From the NCBI GenBank assembly GCA_965267575.1, contig OZ254086.1, positions 160,001 through 224,000 of the forward strand: a DNA stretch of 64,000 nucleotides. Reading direction: 5' to 3'. This stretch comes from Calditrichales bacterium. Lineage in GTDB: Bacteria; Calditrichota; Calditrichia; Calditrichales; J004. A program made the translations under genes and the position numbers. A model generated the notes under the pieces. That model was given only the letters and a program-made list of their open reading frames with translations. It was not told the DNA's origin and did no database searches. Shown here one piece after another: positions 49,122 to 58,318 of the stretch (the first letter of the stretch is position 1; the number at the start of each line of letters is the position of its first letter).

Positions 49122-50521
49122 TAGCGGCGCTCCAGGAGAGCCACGCACTCGATGTGGTAGGTCTGCGGAAACATGTCCACGGGCTGCACTTTTTCCAGGC
49201 GATAGTCGTTTTCCATTAGCTTGATGTCCCGCGCCATGGTGGTGGGATTACAGGAAACATAAACCACACGCCGCGGTGCCGTTTCAAGTATCGCTTTCAC
49301 CACATCCTCGTGCATGCCGGCGCGCGGTGGGTCGGTCAAAATGATATCCGGTCGCGTGCGATTGTGCAGCATATTATCACGGACATCTCCGGCGATGAAG
49401 GTGCAATTGTCAAAGCCGTGTTCGGTGGCATTCTCGCGGGCATCGGCTACGGCGCTTTCCACCAGCTCAAAGCCGGTTACGTGACGCGCCTTGCCGGCCA
49501 GGAAAAGACTGATTGTGCCGGTGCCGGAGTAGAGATCCCATACCTCATCCTTTCCGCTGATGGCGGCGAAATCGAGCGCCGTGTCATAGAGCTTTTCGGC
49601 CTGCGCCGTATTGGTCTGAAAAAAAGAGTTGGCCGAGATCCGAAACTCAAAAGACCCGATCTTGTCCTTAATAAACGGTTCACCGTAAAGAAGATGCTCT
49701 TCTTCGCCCTGGGCGATCTGTGCCTTGCGGCTGTTTATGTTATTGACAATAGACGTGACCGCCGGAAAACGCTGCGCCAAGGATTCCGCCATCGGCTTAA
49801 GCCGCTTATCTGCGGCGGAGGTCACGATGTTGACCATCACTTCCCCGGACGAATGACTTTTACGGAGCACCAGGAAACGCAACAATCCTTCATGACTGCG
49901 AATGCCGTAGGGCGGCATGCCCTGTTCCCGGGCATAGTCGCTTACAAAACGCAAAACCTCATTGCAGACGTCGTCCTGCAGCAGGCAATGTTCTATATGG
50001 ATAATTTTGTCGAAGGTGCCCGGCACATGCAGGCCCAATGCAAAGTCTTTGGAAATATCGGGGTTGCCCAGGTCTTCGGGGAAAAGCCACTTCCTGTCGG
50101 CAAAGGAAAATTCCATCTTGTTGCGGTAGGCAAAAGGTTTGTCGGAGGCAAGGACCGGCAGAACGGTGGCGGACCCAAGACCGGCAATATGCTTGACGGA
50201 ATCGGCAACGATCTTTTGTTTCTGTACAAGCTGTTCGGCGTAGGTCATATTTTGCCAGGTGCAGCCGCCGCAATAACGGAAATAGGGACAAGGCGCATCC
50301 ACGCGCAAAGCGGAAGGCTCAACTATTTCCAGCACTGCGGCTTCGGCGTAGCTCTTCTTGCGCTTGCGGATGCGTACTTTAACGGTGTCGCCGGGTAAGG
50401 CTCTTTTTACAAAAAGTACATAATCTTCAATGCGCGCAACACCATGGCCGCCAAAGGCCAGGGAATCCACACGCACCGTGTACTCGCCGTTTTTTTTAAC
50501 GGGATATACGCGTTGTTCCAT
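49121..50521 (-). CDS. rlmD: 23S rRNA (uracil-C5)-methyltransferase RlmD
   Basis: TRAM domain, CPYF.YCGGC, SFFQTN, DLYSGTG, DPPRAG, YVSCNPTT.ARD, DMFPQTYHIE. Confidence 0.93.
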   Translation of the reverse strand: MEQRVYPVKKNGEYTVRVDSLAFGGHGVARIEDYVLFVKRALPGDTVKVRIRKRKKSYAEAAVLEIVEPSALRVDAPCPYFRYCGGCTWQNMTYAEQLVQKQKIVADSVKHIAGLGSATVLPVLASDKPFAYRNKMEFSFADRKWLFPEDLGNPDISKDFALGLHVPGTFDKIIHIEHCLLQDDVCNEVLRFVSDYAREQGMPPYGIRSHEGLLRFLVLRKSHSSGEVMVNIVTSAADKRLKPMAESLAQRFPAVTSIVNNINSRKAQIAQGEEEHLLYGEPFIKDKIGSFEFRISANSFFQTNTAQAEKLYDTALDFAAISGKDEVWDLYSGTGTISLFLAGKARHVTGFELVESAVADARENATEHGFDNCTFIAGDVRDNMLHNRTRPDIILTDPPRAGMHEDVVKAILETAPRRVVYVSCNPTTMARDIKLMENDYRLEKVQPVDMFPQTYHIECVALLERR

Positions 50522-50560
50522 GCTCTAAATCAGTATCGGATCGAAGGTGTATGAGTTATA

Positions 50561-51640
50561 TCAGTTGGTCTGCTTTTCTTCCTCAGTCAGGCGCTCTTCA
50601 TGCGTTTTGTAAGTTTGACTATCCAAATTAAAGCGATTATTCAGCTTTGTCCAGCAATCCAGTTCTTCTTTTACAAAACGGATTGTGCCTTTGTCTTCGT
50701 CAAAATAACAGGGTAAGCTCTCATTAAATGCTTTACGGGTCAAATCAAACGGACGTTCAAACCCCAGATAACGCGCGGCGGTGGCCGCATTCCACATATT
50801 TTTTTCATCCAAGGATGGCAGTTTGTATTCCCAGTCGTCTCGTACTTTTGCCGCTGTCCAGGCAGGGTCTTCATTGTCCGCCGCCTCCAGGTAAGGCATG
50901 TAGTCGGCGCCTTTTTTATAGGCAATCTGCGCACGCCCGAAGTTGGCGGTTAACGAATCACCAAAATTTTCTGCAATCTGCTGATATATCGCATCGGCTT
51001 TGTCATACTCTTCAAGATTGATGTAGGCCATTGCCAGGGCGGCCAGGGCTTCGGCGCTGTTTTCGGCGTCAGCGTATTTTTGCAATGGTTCCACGGCATC
51101 CTGAAAACGGCCGGCCTTATTATAAGCCATGGCCAAAAACTTATTCACGGTAATATCTTCGGAATCATATTTTAAAGCATGTTTAAAGTCTTCTATAGCC
51201 TGGTCCCACAAATCACCGCTCACCTTATTCATGCCGCGGTTCAGGTGCACAAAAAAGCGGATCGTGTCATCAAGCTGCTCATAGTCATGGTCATTATAGA
51301 AAAAGTCGATGCTGCGCGTGGAGATCATACGCGTTTTACGGTTCTGCTTATTGTTGCGAAACTCCTTAACAATCTTTTTAAAAAAATGATCAAGTTTCTG
51401 CTTGAGATCATTCTCATTATAAATAGTAAAGGATTCGGAGGCGTTGTTTTCACGTGCCTGCTGTACCACGTCATTTAAGAGCTGGCTAACCAGCACATCG
51501 GAGCGACCGATGCGTAAATCCACATGATGACGGTAATATGAGCCGTTAAAGCAAAAAGTGTAATTAACCGTAAAACGGTTATCTTTATAAGACCATTTTC
51601 TTAAATAGGCCGATAAGACATACAGATATTCGGAAGACAT
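50561..51640 (-). CDS. TPR protein with C-terminal excisionase-like (HTH_17-like) motif
   Basis: Central TPRs; C-terminal WNAATAARYLG...LP...IRFVKEELDCW. Confidence 0.65.
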   Translation of the reverse strand: MSSEYLYVLSAYLRKWSYKDNRFTVNYTFCFNGSYYRHHVDLRIGRSDVLVSQLLNDVVQQARENNASESFTIYNENDLKQKLDHFFKKIVKEFRNNKQNRKTRMISTRSIDFFYNDHDYEQLDDTIRFFVHLNRGMNKVSGDLWDQAIEDFKHALKYDSEDITVNKFLAMAYNKAGRFQDAVEPLQKYADAENSAEALAALAMAYINLEEYDKADAIYQQIAENFGDSLTANFGRAQIAYKKGADYMPYLEAADNEDPAWTAAKVRDDWEYKLPSLDEKNMWNAATAARYLGFERPFDLTRKAFNESLPCYFDEDKGTIRFVKEELDCWTKLNNRFNLDSQTYKTHEERLTEEEKQTN

Positions 51641-51891
51641 AAAAACTCCAGAAAAAGAATAAAAGATTTAACGATATTTTAAGGGAGATGGTTAAAAAAG
51701 ACCATTCATCCCGCGTTTGAAAAACCACAATAAAAGTATTGGGGAAAATCAGGACGGCTTTTACAGCGGATGCCGTTCCAAATATAGCAGTCCCCAATTA
51801 TATCAATCAAGGCGTTATTAAGAGTATTCGGAGGAGCGAGAGCACGCTTAATATAATCTGCTAAACGTTGTCAGTTTTTGGCAAGTTCCGT

Positions 51892-53394
51892 TTATTTGAG
51901 ATGATATTGAATCTCGAGGCTGAAAAAGGAGCTGACCACATCATTGGAGTCATTATCGATATCCTTATCGTTGTCGTACGAGGCCAGCAGATCTATGCTC
52001 CAGCGATCGGACAGTGGCAGATGCCCGAATGCCAGCAATGTAATGATATTGCGGCTGGAATAGATACTCAGCACATCCTGGCCGCTGGCTTGCGGGTAGC
52101 GCCGCGCCGTATAGGAAAGCTCCGCGCTTAGAATGAAACCCGACAGAGAGCTGTGGTCCACCCCAACAGAAAACCCGTTGGCAAAATAATCCTGCTCCAG
52201 GATATATTGATCCTGCAGGCCGGCAGACGTCTCGTGGGTGCGTTCTTCGTAAATGTAACCGGTGGAAAGCACAGTCATTTCGGAGAGATCGTAGTAGAGG
52301 CGGGGATGCAGTGTATGCCAGGTATAATCGGCATCCTGCTCTGTCTTTTTTCCGAAGGTTTTAAACTGACCGGAATAGCTCATCGAAACCGACCAGGACG
52401 AGGAGAGACGCCATTTCAGGTACGGTTCGGCGCCCCTTACAAAACTGCTGTTTTGAAAAACGCTATCGCCCAGAAGATAATTAAAGCGGTTAGTGCGATA
52501 GAAAAAACGCATGTCCGCCTGCAACCGGCTGAAATCCAGAAAATGATATCCCAACGCCGCCTGCCGCTCATCCTGATCGTTTGTGCTTCTGTCGATTCCG
52601 CGCAGATAATCCCAATCATACGTGGCTTCCAGCGTATGACCCTGCCCGGGGCTGTGGCTGGCCAGCGCATACATCGTGTTACGTCGGAAATCGGGCAGCG
52701 TAGATGACGGTGACTTATAGCTCTTGATTCGTGTAATATTGCTAAGGCTAAAACGGCTGCCAGCAACACGCAGATCGGCATCCGCATCCACGTTTACTTC
52801 GTTGTAGCATTGATTTTCATAGGTAAAATTACGATCGAGAATATGCGAAGCTTTTACACCCGCGTGAAGGTTTGGTGACTGCCAGCGCAGACCGGCACTG
52901 AAGCGGTTGCTGAGATTTTCTTTATCATAACGTATATCGTTGTAAAGACTGAAAGGACTATCCTGCTGCCTGTAAGAGGCGGTCAGGCCGATAAACGGTT
53001 TATGGATTTCATCCAGCAGCACACTGTCACTTTGTTCAAAGCCCAGTTCAAACTCCTGGCGGTTATAGTCCACCCCGCTTTTAAACGCCAACGACCAGGG
53101 GCTTTGCGTGGGCGGGACGGCCGGCTTGCCGGTTTGAACCTGTGGCGCGTTTTCTTCCAGCGCTTGCTGCAGAAATATGGTGGCCAGCAGATAATCCTGC
53201 CGCGCTTCGTAGGCTTCTGCCGAATCTATCAGGCTTTTGGCCCGCGCTGACAGTCCTTCAAGGCTTTGCTGAAGCTGAATTTGAAGTTGGAGGTTTTCGA
53301 AAGCTTCCTTGTCATCCTGCGCGCATAGGGGAAATAAACCCATAAACAGCAGCACGCAAATGGCCGGCATGAAGGTGGACGTTCGGTTAAGCAT
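51892..53394 (-). CDS. hypothetical secreted protein, probable outer-membrane beta-barrel
   Basis: Signal peptide; long run of amphipathic aromatic-rich strands; C-terminus FFSLEIQYHLK. Confidence 0.65.
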   Translation of the reverse strand: MLNRTSTFMPAICVLLFMGLFPLCAQDDKEAFENLQLQIQLQQSLEGLSARAKSLIDSAEAYEARQDYLLATIFLQQALEENAPQVQTGKPAVPPTQSPWSLAFKSGVDYNRQEFELGFEQSDSVLLDEIHKPFIGLTASYRQQDSPFSLYNDIRYDKENLSNRFSAGLRWQSPNLHAGVKASHILDRNFTYENQCYNEVNVDADADLRVAGSRFSLSNITRIKSYKSPSSTLPDFRRNTMYALASHSPGQGHTLEATYDWDYLRGIDRSTNDQDERQAALGYHFLDFSRLQADMRFFYRTNRFNYLLGDSVFQNSSFVRGAEPYLKWRLSSSWSVSMSYSGQFKTFGKKTEQDADYTWHTLHPRLYYDLSEMTVLSTGYIYEERTHETSAGLQDQYILEQDYFANGFSVGVDHSSLSGFILSAELSYTARRYPQASGQDVLSIYSSRNIITLLAFGHLPLSDRWSIDLLASYDNDKDIDNDSNDVVSSFFSLEIQYHLK

Positions 53395-53399
53395 ATGAG

Positions 53400-54908
53400 T
53401 CAGCGTACAATTCGTTCTATCTGATCGCGAACAAGCCGGTTGAGCTCCTGCACCAGCGACCAGTTTCCTTTCCGGCTCTCTTCACGCGCCTGCGCCAACA
53501 TCTCCCCGGCGCTTTCCAGCCGCGCCTGCTGCATTTCATCTAGCTCGTTGTTTTGCGACAAACGGGAAACTATGGTTTCCAGCCGCGATAACTCGTTTTC
53601 TACCGATTGTTGATCCGGTTTTTGCGGCTTCTGAATCTTGCGCATTTTCTCAACGTGGTTAAGTGTTTGCAGGCTCAGGTTTATCATAATAGAGGCGCGG
53701 CGCGGATTGCCGCCGGAAACCGCCTGTTGGGCGTTGCGAAAGAAGTGCCCGGCCTGTTCGTGCAACATATCCAGCTGCGCGTCTGATAGTTGCTGCAACT
53801 GGTTTTTCTGGAGCGTCAGGAAACGTTCGATGTCATTAAGCTGGGCATTAAGCGCGCTGTCATCGGCAACGGAACGATCATCCTGATTCAGCCTGAAAGC
53901 TTTTTGCGCCACTTTTTGCGCCAGGTCCAAATTGAGGCGGGCCTGCGTAAGATCACCGTCGCGCAGGCTGTTTTCGGCTTTTTGCAGAAGCTGTTCCGAT
54001 TTTGTGAGAAGCTGGCGCGGCTGGCCGTCTTCCCCGACATCGTCGGAAAGAGAGCGAACATAGCGCTGCAGCGACTGCAGATTATTTTCCAGGCGCTCCC
54101 GGCCACCCATTCCTTCATTCTGCGCCATATCTATTACACGGTACAACAACCGTTCGGCAATACGCATCATGGAGAGGGCCTGGCGCTGCTGATTGCCGCC
54201 GTAAAGATTGCGCGCCTGCTGCAGATATTGTCCGGCTTCCTGCAGCAATTCGGAAGCCTGGTCGTTTTCTTCCACCAGGGATTCGGCGCGCCCGTAAAGG
54301 GTTGTTAATCCGGAAAAATATTGTTCAAACCGCTGCGGGCTGTTTCCCCGGGCATCAGAGAATAAAGAAATGCCCTTGTCCGCGAAATGGCGGGCTACGC
54401 GCATAAGTTCGTGACCGCGCAGATATTCGCCGCGTTCAAAAGCCTGCTCGGCTTGCTGTTTAAAGGCCCGTGCTTTATTCAGAAAATAAAAAAGATCGCT
54501 GTTGTCGCTGCGTCCGCTTAATTGTTCGAGACGCTGGATCAGCTGTTCCAGCTCATTTTTAAGGTTGGCAGCGGGCTTCAGCAAAACCAGCCTCGCGGCA
54601 CGGTCAGCCAGGGCATTGGCCTGCATAAGCTGCTGCCTGGCCTGGAAAAAGCGCGGCGGTTCTTCACGCAAAAGGTCCTTTGCCCGCTGCAGGCCGCTTT
54701 CGGCTTCATTCAACAGGCTCAGAGCCACATCGTTCTGGTAGCGCTGCGCCATCTGCCGCACCTGCTCGATCTTGCGCTCCAGCAGGCGGAAGGTCCGTTG
54801 AATTCTCTCGCGGGAATCCTGTTGCTGCGCAAACCCCGCCGCTACAAAGAACAGAGTGGCAAGGATTACCAGGATCGTTTTTCCGTAAGGTCTTTTTGCG
54901 CTTTTCAT
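53400..54908 (-). CDS. hypothetical secreted helical-repeat protein
   Basis: Signal peptide ending GFA; six ~70-aa units carrying LL..A......A......G....A......A. Confidence 0.65.
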   Translation of the reverse strand: MKSAKRPYGKTILVILATLFFVAAGFAQQQDSRERIQRTFRLLERKIEQVRQMAQRYQNDVALSLLNEAESGLQRAKDLLREEPPRFFQARQQLMQANALADRAARLVLLKPAANLKNELEQLIQRLEQLSGRSDNSDLFYFLNKARAFKQQAEQAFERGEYLRGHELMRVARHFADKGISLFSDARGNSPQRFEQYFSGLTTLYGRAESLVEENDQASELLQEAGQYLQQARNLYGGNQQRQALSMMRIAERLLYRVIDMAQNEGMGGRERLENNLQSLQRYVRSLSDDVGEDGQPRQLLTKSEQLLQKAENSLRDGDLTQARLNLDLAQKVAQKAFRLNQDDRSVADDSALNAQLNDIERFLTLQKNQLQQLSDAQLDMLHEQAGHFFRNAQQAVSGGNPRRASIMINLSLQTLNHVEKMRKIQKPQKPDQQSVENELSRLETIVSRLSQNNELDEMQQARLESAGEMLAQAREESRKGNWSLVQELNRLVRDQIERIVR

Positions 54909-54941
54909 TTTACGATTTTACACCTTAAAAGTATGTGAATC

Positions 54942-54976
54942 AAAAAAAGGAAACGCGCCACGAGCGGCGCGCTTCC
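54942..54976 (-). terminator. intrinsic terminator after the lipoprotein gene
   Basis: Minus strand GGAAGCGCGCC-GCTCGT-GGCGCGTTTCC-TTTTTTT. Confidence 0.75.
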
Positions 54977-54985
54977 CATCCGGGC

Positions 54986-55966
54986 TTAGTTGGAAGGCAG
55001 CACCAGATATGGTGTACCCCACGTGGCAGAGTTGTAAGGATAAGCCTGGTCATCATCATCCAGAATGGTGCCGTTGTCGATCACGTCGATAACCGCGTGA
55101 TGAAATCCGGGGAATTGCTGGATACGCCAGGTTCCTTCGTAGATATTCTGGCCCGTGTCTGTTTGACCAACCCAATCAAAGCGTGCCTTGGCATGGTGCC
55201 CGCGGCGATTGCGGCCGTAGTGCAAACGCACGTTTTCGGTTGCCCGTGTATCTTCCGGGAAAACGATCGGATCAGGCGTGCTGTTCTGCACATATACCCT
55301 TACCGTTACTTCGTCAAAGCGGCGGAACTGGAACATGTTCTGGCGGGTCATGCGGAAGGCCAGCGGGTCTTCGATTACGATGCTGTCAGCATTATGCGGA
55401 ATTACAACAACTTTGCTGATCGCAATGCGGTTTGGATCGGATTTTCCTGAAGCAAGGCTAACCGCGTCGATCTTCCAGTTGCGTCCTGGCGTTGTACTGT
55501 CGGCACCGGCTCTTTTCTTAAGGCTGATAATGCGCTCCAGGGTGTGGCGCATCCGTTTCTCAAAGCGATTCAGTGAAAGCGTGTCACCGCGCAGCTCGCC
55601 CGTTGCAGAGACAAAACGTCCGTTAAAAGTACGGAAAACGTAAGCGGTAGCGGTGGAATCGGATGTACGGATGATCTCAATATTTCTCTCCATGGAGCGA
55701 TTCCAGATGCGGCCAAAACGCATACGCAGGTAGCCGTCTTTCTCCATGCCGCCACCCGTCCAGTTGGGATCGTAATCGCCAAACTCATTTTCGTTGGAAT
55801 CGGTAAAATCATCATAAAGAATATCCATCTCATCGTTCTCAAGAACGTATTTGATGGCCTGCTCGTCGGCAGTCTGGTCATCGTTGGCGTTATCCACAAC
55901 GCTGTCGCTGCAAGATGCCAGGATCATCATCCCGGCCAGTGTAAAAGCAAAAATCGACTTCTTCAT
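54986..55966 (-). CDS. hypothetical lipoprotein
   Basis: MKK...ILASC lipobox; RBS AGGAGG. Confidence 0.75.
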   Translation of the reverse strand: MKKSIFAFTLAGMMILASCSDSVVDNANDDQTADEQAIKYVLENDEMDILYDDFTDSNENEFGDYDPNWTGGGMEKDGYLRMRFGRIWNRSMERNIEIIRTSDSTATAYVFRTFNGRFVSATGELRGDTLSLNRFEKRMRHTLERIISLKKRAGADSTTPGRNWKIDAVSLASGKSDPNRIAISKVVVIPHNADSIVIEDPLAFRMTRQNMFQFRRFDEVTVRVYVQNSTPDPIVFPEDTRATENVRLHYGRNRRGHHAKARFDWVGQTDTGQNIYEGTWRIQQFPGFHHAVIDVIDNGTILDDDDQAYPYNSATWGTPYLVLPSN

Positions 55967-56034
55967 TTTATCCTCCTGTTGGACTTAAAAGTTGTTTTAC
56001 AGTTTTAGGGCCCTGTATTTCTGGTGCGTTTTAA

Positions 56035-56051
56035 TGCACAGGCCGTGCCAA
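56035..56051 (-). promoter_or_regulatory. sigma-54 (-24/-12) promoter
   Basis: Minus strand TTGGCACGGCCTGTGCA, one mismatch to TGGCACG-N4-TTGCW, about 70 nt upstream of the lipoprotein ATG. Confidence 0.8.
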
Positions 56052-56119
56052 AGGAGAATGCGATCACTTAAAATGTTGTATTTATTTAATTTACATAAAT
56101 ATAGAAATTAACAGGCGGG

Positions 56120-56157
56120 TGTACGCAGCCGTACGATTACCTGTACCAAATGGTACG
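56120..56157. promoter_or_regulatory. paired palindromic sites, candidate enhancer-binding-protein UAS
   Basis: TGTAC-GCAGCC-GTACG (56120-56135) and TGTAC-CAAATG-GTACG (56142-56157), offset 22 bp. Confidence 0.6.
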
Positions 56158-56167
56158 TTTGTACGGA

Positions 56168-57139
56168 TCAGGACAGTTTTTGCAACTGTTTGGAGATTTC
56201 GTTAAGCAGCCGTGAAAGCAGTGTGTCATAAGTGCCGGAATAACGGCAGCCAGAGGCGTGAAAGTGGCCGCCGCCGTTAAAAGCCTGGGCGACCTCACGC
56301 ACATTAACACGGTCCCGCGAGCGCAGACTGATCTTAAAAAAGCCCGGCTCAATTTCACGGATATATGCGCCCACCTCCGTACCATTAACGGAAACGGTGT
56401 AATTGGCCAGTTCCTCAATCTCGTTTTGCTCAACTCCGTCCAGCTCATTGTTATGAAGCGCGATTACGGTAACCTTGTCATTCAAATGGCGTTGCACAGA
56501 TTGCAGGCCCCGCCCAATGACGCGCAAGGCTTCCGGGCGGTGATTGAGAAATACATTGCGGGTGATAACGGCGGGTTCCACGCCATATTTCATCAACCGG
56601 GCACAGGCTTCCAGGTCGCGCGTGTGCGTGTTGGAGTAAGATAAACGGCCGGTGTCATAAACAATACCGGTATAAAGCGCCTCAGCCAGCTCTTTGTCCA
56701 GGGCAATATCGCTCTCTTCAATGATCTCAAATAACAGAGACGCCGCGGAGGAGACATCTACTTCCACAAAATCCAAATCGCTGAAATCGTCTTCGCTGGG
56801 GTGATGGTCGATCTTCATCGCCGGCATATCCTCAGAAATCAACGCGCTGATATCACCGATACGTTTGCGACCGGGCGCGTCCAGTATCAGGGCAGCATCA
56901 AACGGCTGCTTATCTTTGAAATCTTTCAGGGAGGTAATCGCAGAAAAGTTTTTTAAGAAGGCGTAACGCGGGTCTATATGCTGGTCATGGACCACAATGC
57001 GCCAGCTTTTACCCAGCTTATCAAGAAAAACAGAAGCCGCCAGCACGGAAGCTATTGCGTCGCCATCGGCATTAAGGTGCGTGGTTATCAGGTAATGATC
57101 GTATTGACGCAAAAACGCCAGTCTTTTGCTATGGCTCAT
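56168..57139 (-). CDS. DHH/DHHA1 phosphoesterase (NrnA-like oligoribonuclease/pAp phosphatase)
   Basis: THLNADGDAIAS, IDHH, YTGIVYDTG, SLRS, GGGHFHASG. Confidence 0.9.
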   Translation of the reverse strand: MSHSKRLAFLRQYDHYLITTHLNADGDAIASVLAASVFLDKLGKSWRIVVHDQHIDPRYAFLKNFSAITSLKDFKDKQPFDAALILDAPGRKRIGDISALISEDMPAMKIDHHPSEDDFSDLDFVEVDVSSAASLLFEIIEESDIALDKELAEALYTGIVYDTGRLSYSNTHTRDLEACARLMKYGVEPAVITRNVFLNHRPEALRVIGRGLQSVQRHLNDKVTVIALHNNELDGVEQNEIEELANYTVSVNGTEVGAYIREIEPGFFKISLRSRDRVNVREVAQAFNGGGHFHASGCRYSGTYDTLLSRLLNEISKQLQKLS

Positions 57140-57714
57140 GTTCCGTCCTCAGCATTTGCAATGGCAAGCAAGGGCCATTTTCGGGCAAGAATGTACCAGA
57201 TGTATATCATCAAAAAAGCCAGGATTGTTCCAACGGCAGCGCCGGCAAGGGCATCCAGCGGATAGTGTACGCCCACGGCAATGCGTGAGTAGGCGACCAG
57301 CGCGGCGAGGCTGTAAAACAATCCCCTGAAACGACGATAATAAAACGAAAAAACCGTTGCCAGGGCAAAAAAATTTGCAGCATGGTTGGATGGCATTGAG
57401 TAGGAGGAGGTTTTATTTACGGTCAGATGGACGTTTTCCAACGCATTGCAGGGCCGGATGCGCTGAATGTTTTTCTTTAGCACGCGGTGTGAAATCGCGT
57501 CCGCGCTGCCAACGGATAGTATTGCTATTACCAGGGCTATGCGTCCCCGTTTGCCGCCTTTCCACAGCAGGCCGAAAATGACGGCGAGCCAGACCGGCAG
57601 CCAGGTCCATTTATTTGTAATGATGGGCATGATAACATCAAAAACGGGATTGGCCAGAGTGACATTAAAGAAATAAAAAAGCGCAACATCCCATCCTACC
57701 AGCGTTTCAATCAT
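57136..57714 (-). CDS. PAP2 superfamily phosphatase
   Basis: K....RIRP, PSNHA, SRIAVGVHYPLD; start set at ATG 57714 because the longer ORF runs into the tRNA. Confidence 0.88.
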   Translation of the reverse strand: MIETLVGWDVALFYFFNVTLANPVFDVIMPIITNKWTWLPVWLAVIFGLLWKGGKRGRIALVIAILSVGSADAISHRVLKKNIQRIRPCNALENVHLTVNKTSSYSMPSNHAANFFALATVFSFYYRRFRGLFYSLAALVAYSRIAVGVHYPLDALAGAAVGTILAFLMIYIWYILARKWPLLAIANAEDGT

Positions 57715-57729
57715 GTTTATTCTCCGGAT

Positions 57730-57759
57730 AAAAAAAAAGCATCCCGTTTCCGGAATGCT
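57730..57759 (-). terminator. intrinsic terminator after tRNA-Leu
   Basis: Minus strand AGCATTCCG-GAAA-CGGGATGC followed by a long T-run. Confidence 0.75.
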
Positions 57760-57765
57760 CTCAAG

Positions 57766-57850
57766 TGCTGAGGGCGGGACTCGAACCCGCACGGGCATCT
57801 CGCCCACTACCCCCTCAAGATAGCGTGTCTACCAATTCCACCACCCCAGC
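57766..57850 (-). tRNA. tRNA-Leu (anticodon GAG)
   Basis: GCTGGGGTGGTGGAATTGGTAGACACG-CTATC-TTGAGGG-GGTAG, long variable arm, GCGGGTTCGAGTCCCGC-CCTCAGCA; CCA not encoded. Confidence 0.95.
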
Positions 57851-57864
57851 GCTTTTAAGTTTTT

Positions 57865-58254
57865 TTAATTGCCTTGTGGTTGCTGCTGATCTTGCTGGTC
57901 ACCGGCGGGTGCCTGGGTTGGTGCCTCTTCAAGCGGTGCAACAGGCAGCGTGGATTCCGGTATGGACTGCTGCTCTTCCTGCATGCGCTGCTCGATCAGA
58001 CTTTGCTGAGCTTCCTCGGATTCGCTTTTGTACAGCACACCCATAATGATTGCCAGGATCATGTAGCCTGCCGCGATATACGTGGTAGTTTTGCTGAGAA
58101 AGTCTGCCGCACCGCGCGCGCCAAACATGGTTTGACCGGCCATACCGCCACCGATGCTTCCGGACAGGCCCTGGCCTTTACCGGCTTGAAGCAGGATTAC
58201 GACGACCATCAGAAAACTTAACAGAACAAATAAAATCACCAAAAAAGTATACAT
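57865..58254 (-). CDS. secG: preprotein translocase subunit SecG
   Basis: VILLQAGKGQGLSG...FGARGAADFLSKTT; tpiA-secG-tRNA-Leu gene order. Confidence 0.93.
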   Translation of the reverse strand: MYTFLVILFVLLSFLMVVVILLQAGKGQGLSGSIGGGMAGQTMFGARGAADFLSKTTTYIAAGYMILAIIMGVLYKSESEEAQQSLIEQRMQEEQQSIPESTLPVAPLEEAPTQAPAGDQQDQQQPQGN

Positions 58255-58318
58255 CTAAAAATCAGCTCCTTTTTCAACCAAAGACGGGTAATTTAGTTAG
58301 TGGAAATAATGCCTGCAA

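Noticed and set aside
57715-57807. N-terminal extension of the PAP2 ORF (MGEMPVRVRVPPSA...)
   Set aside because: It overlaps tRNA-Leu and its terminator; the true start is more likely 57714.
57766-57850. tRNA-Leu as an integration site for an island
   Set aside because: No duplicated tRNA 3' end or integrase seen; flanking genes are housekeeping-like.
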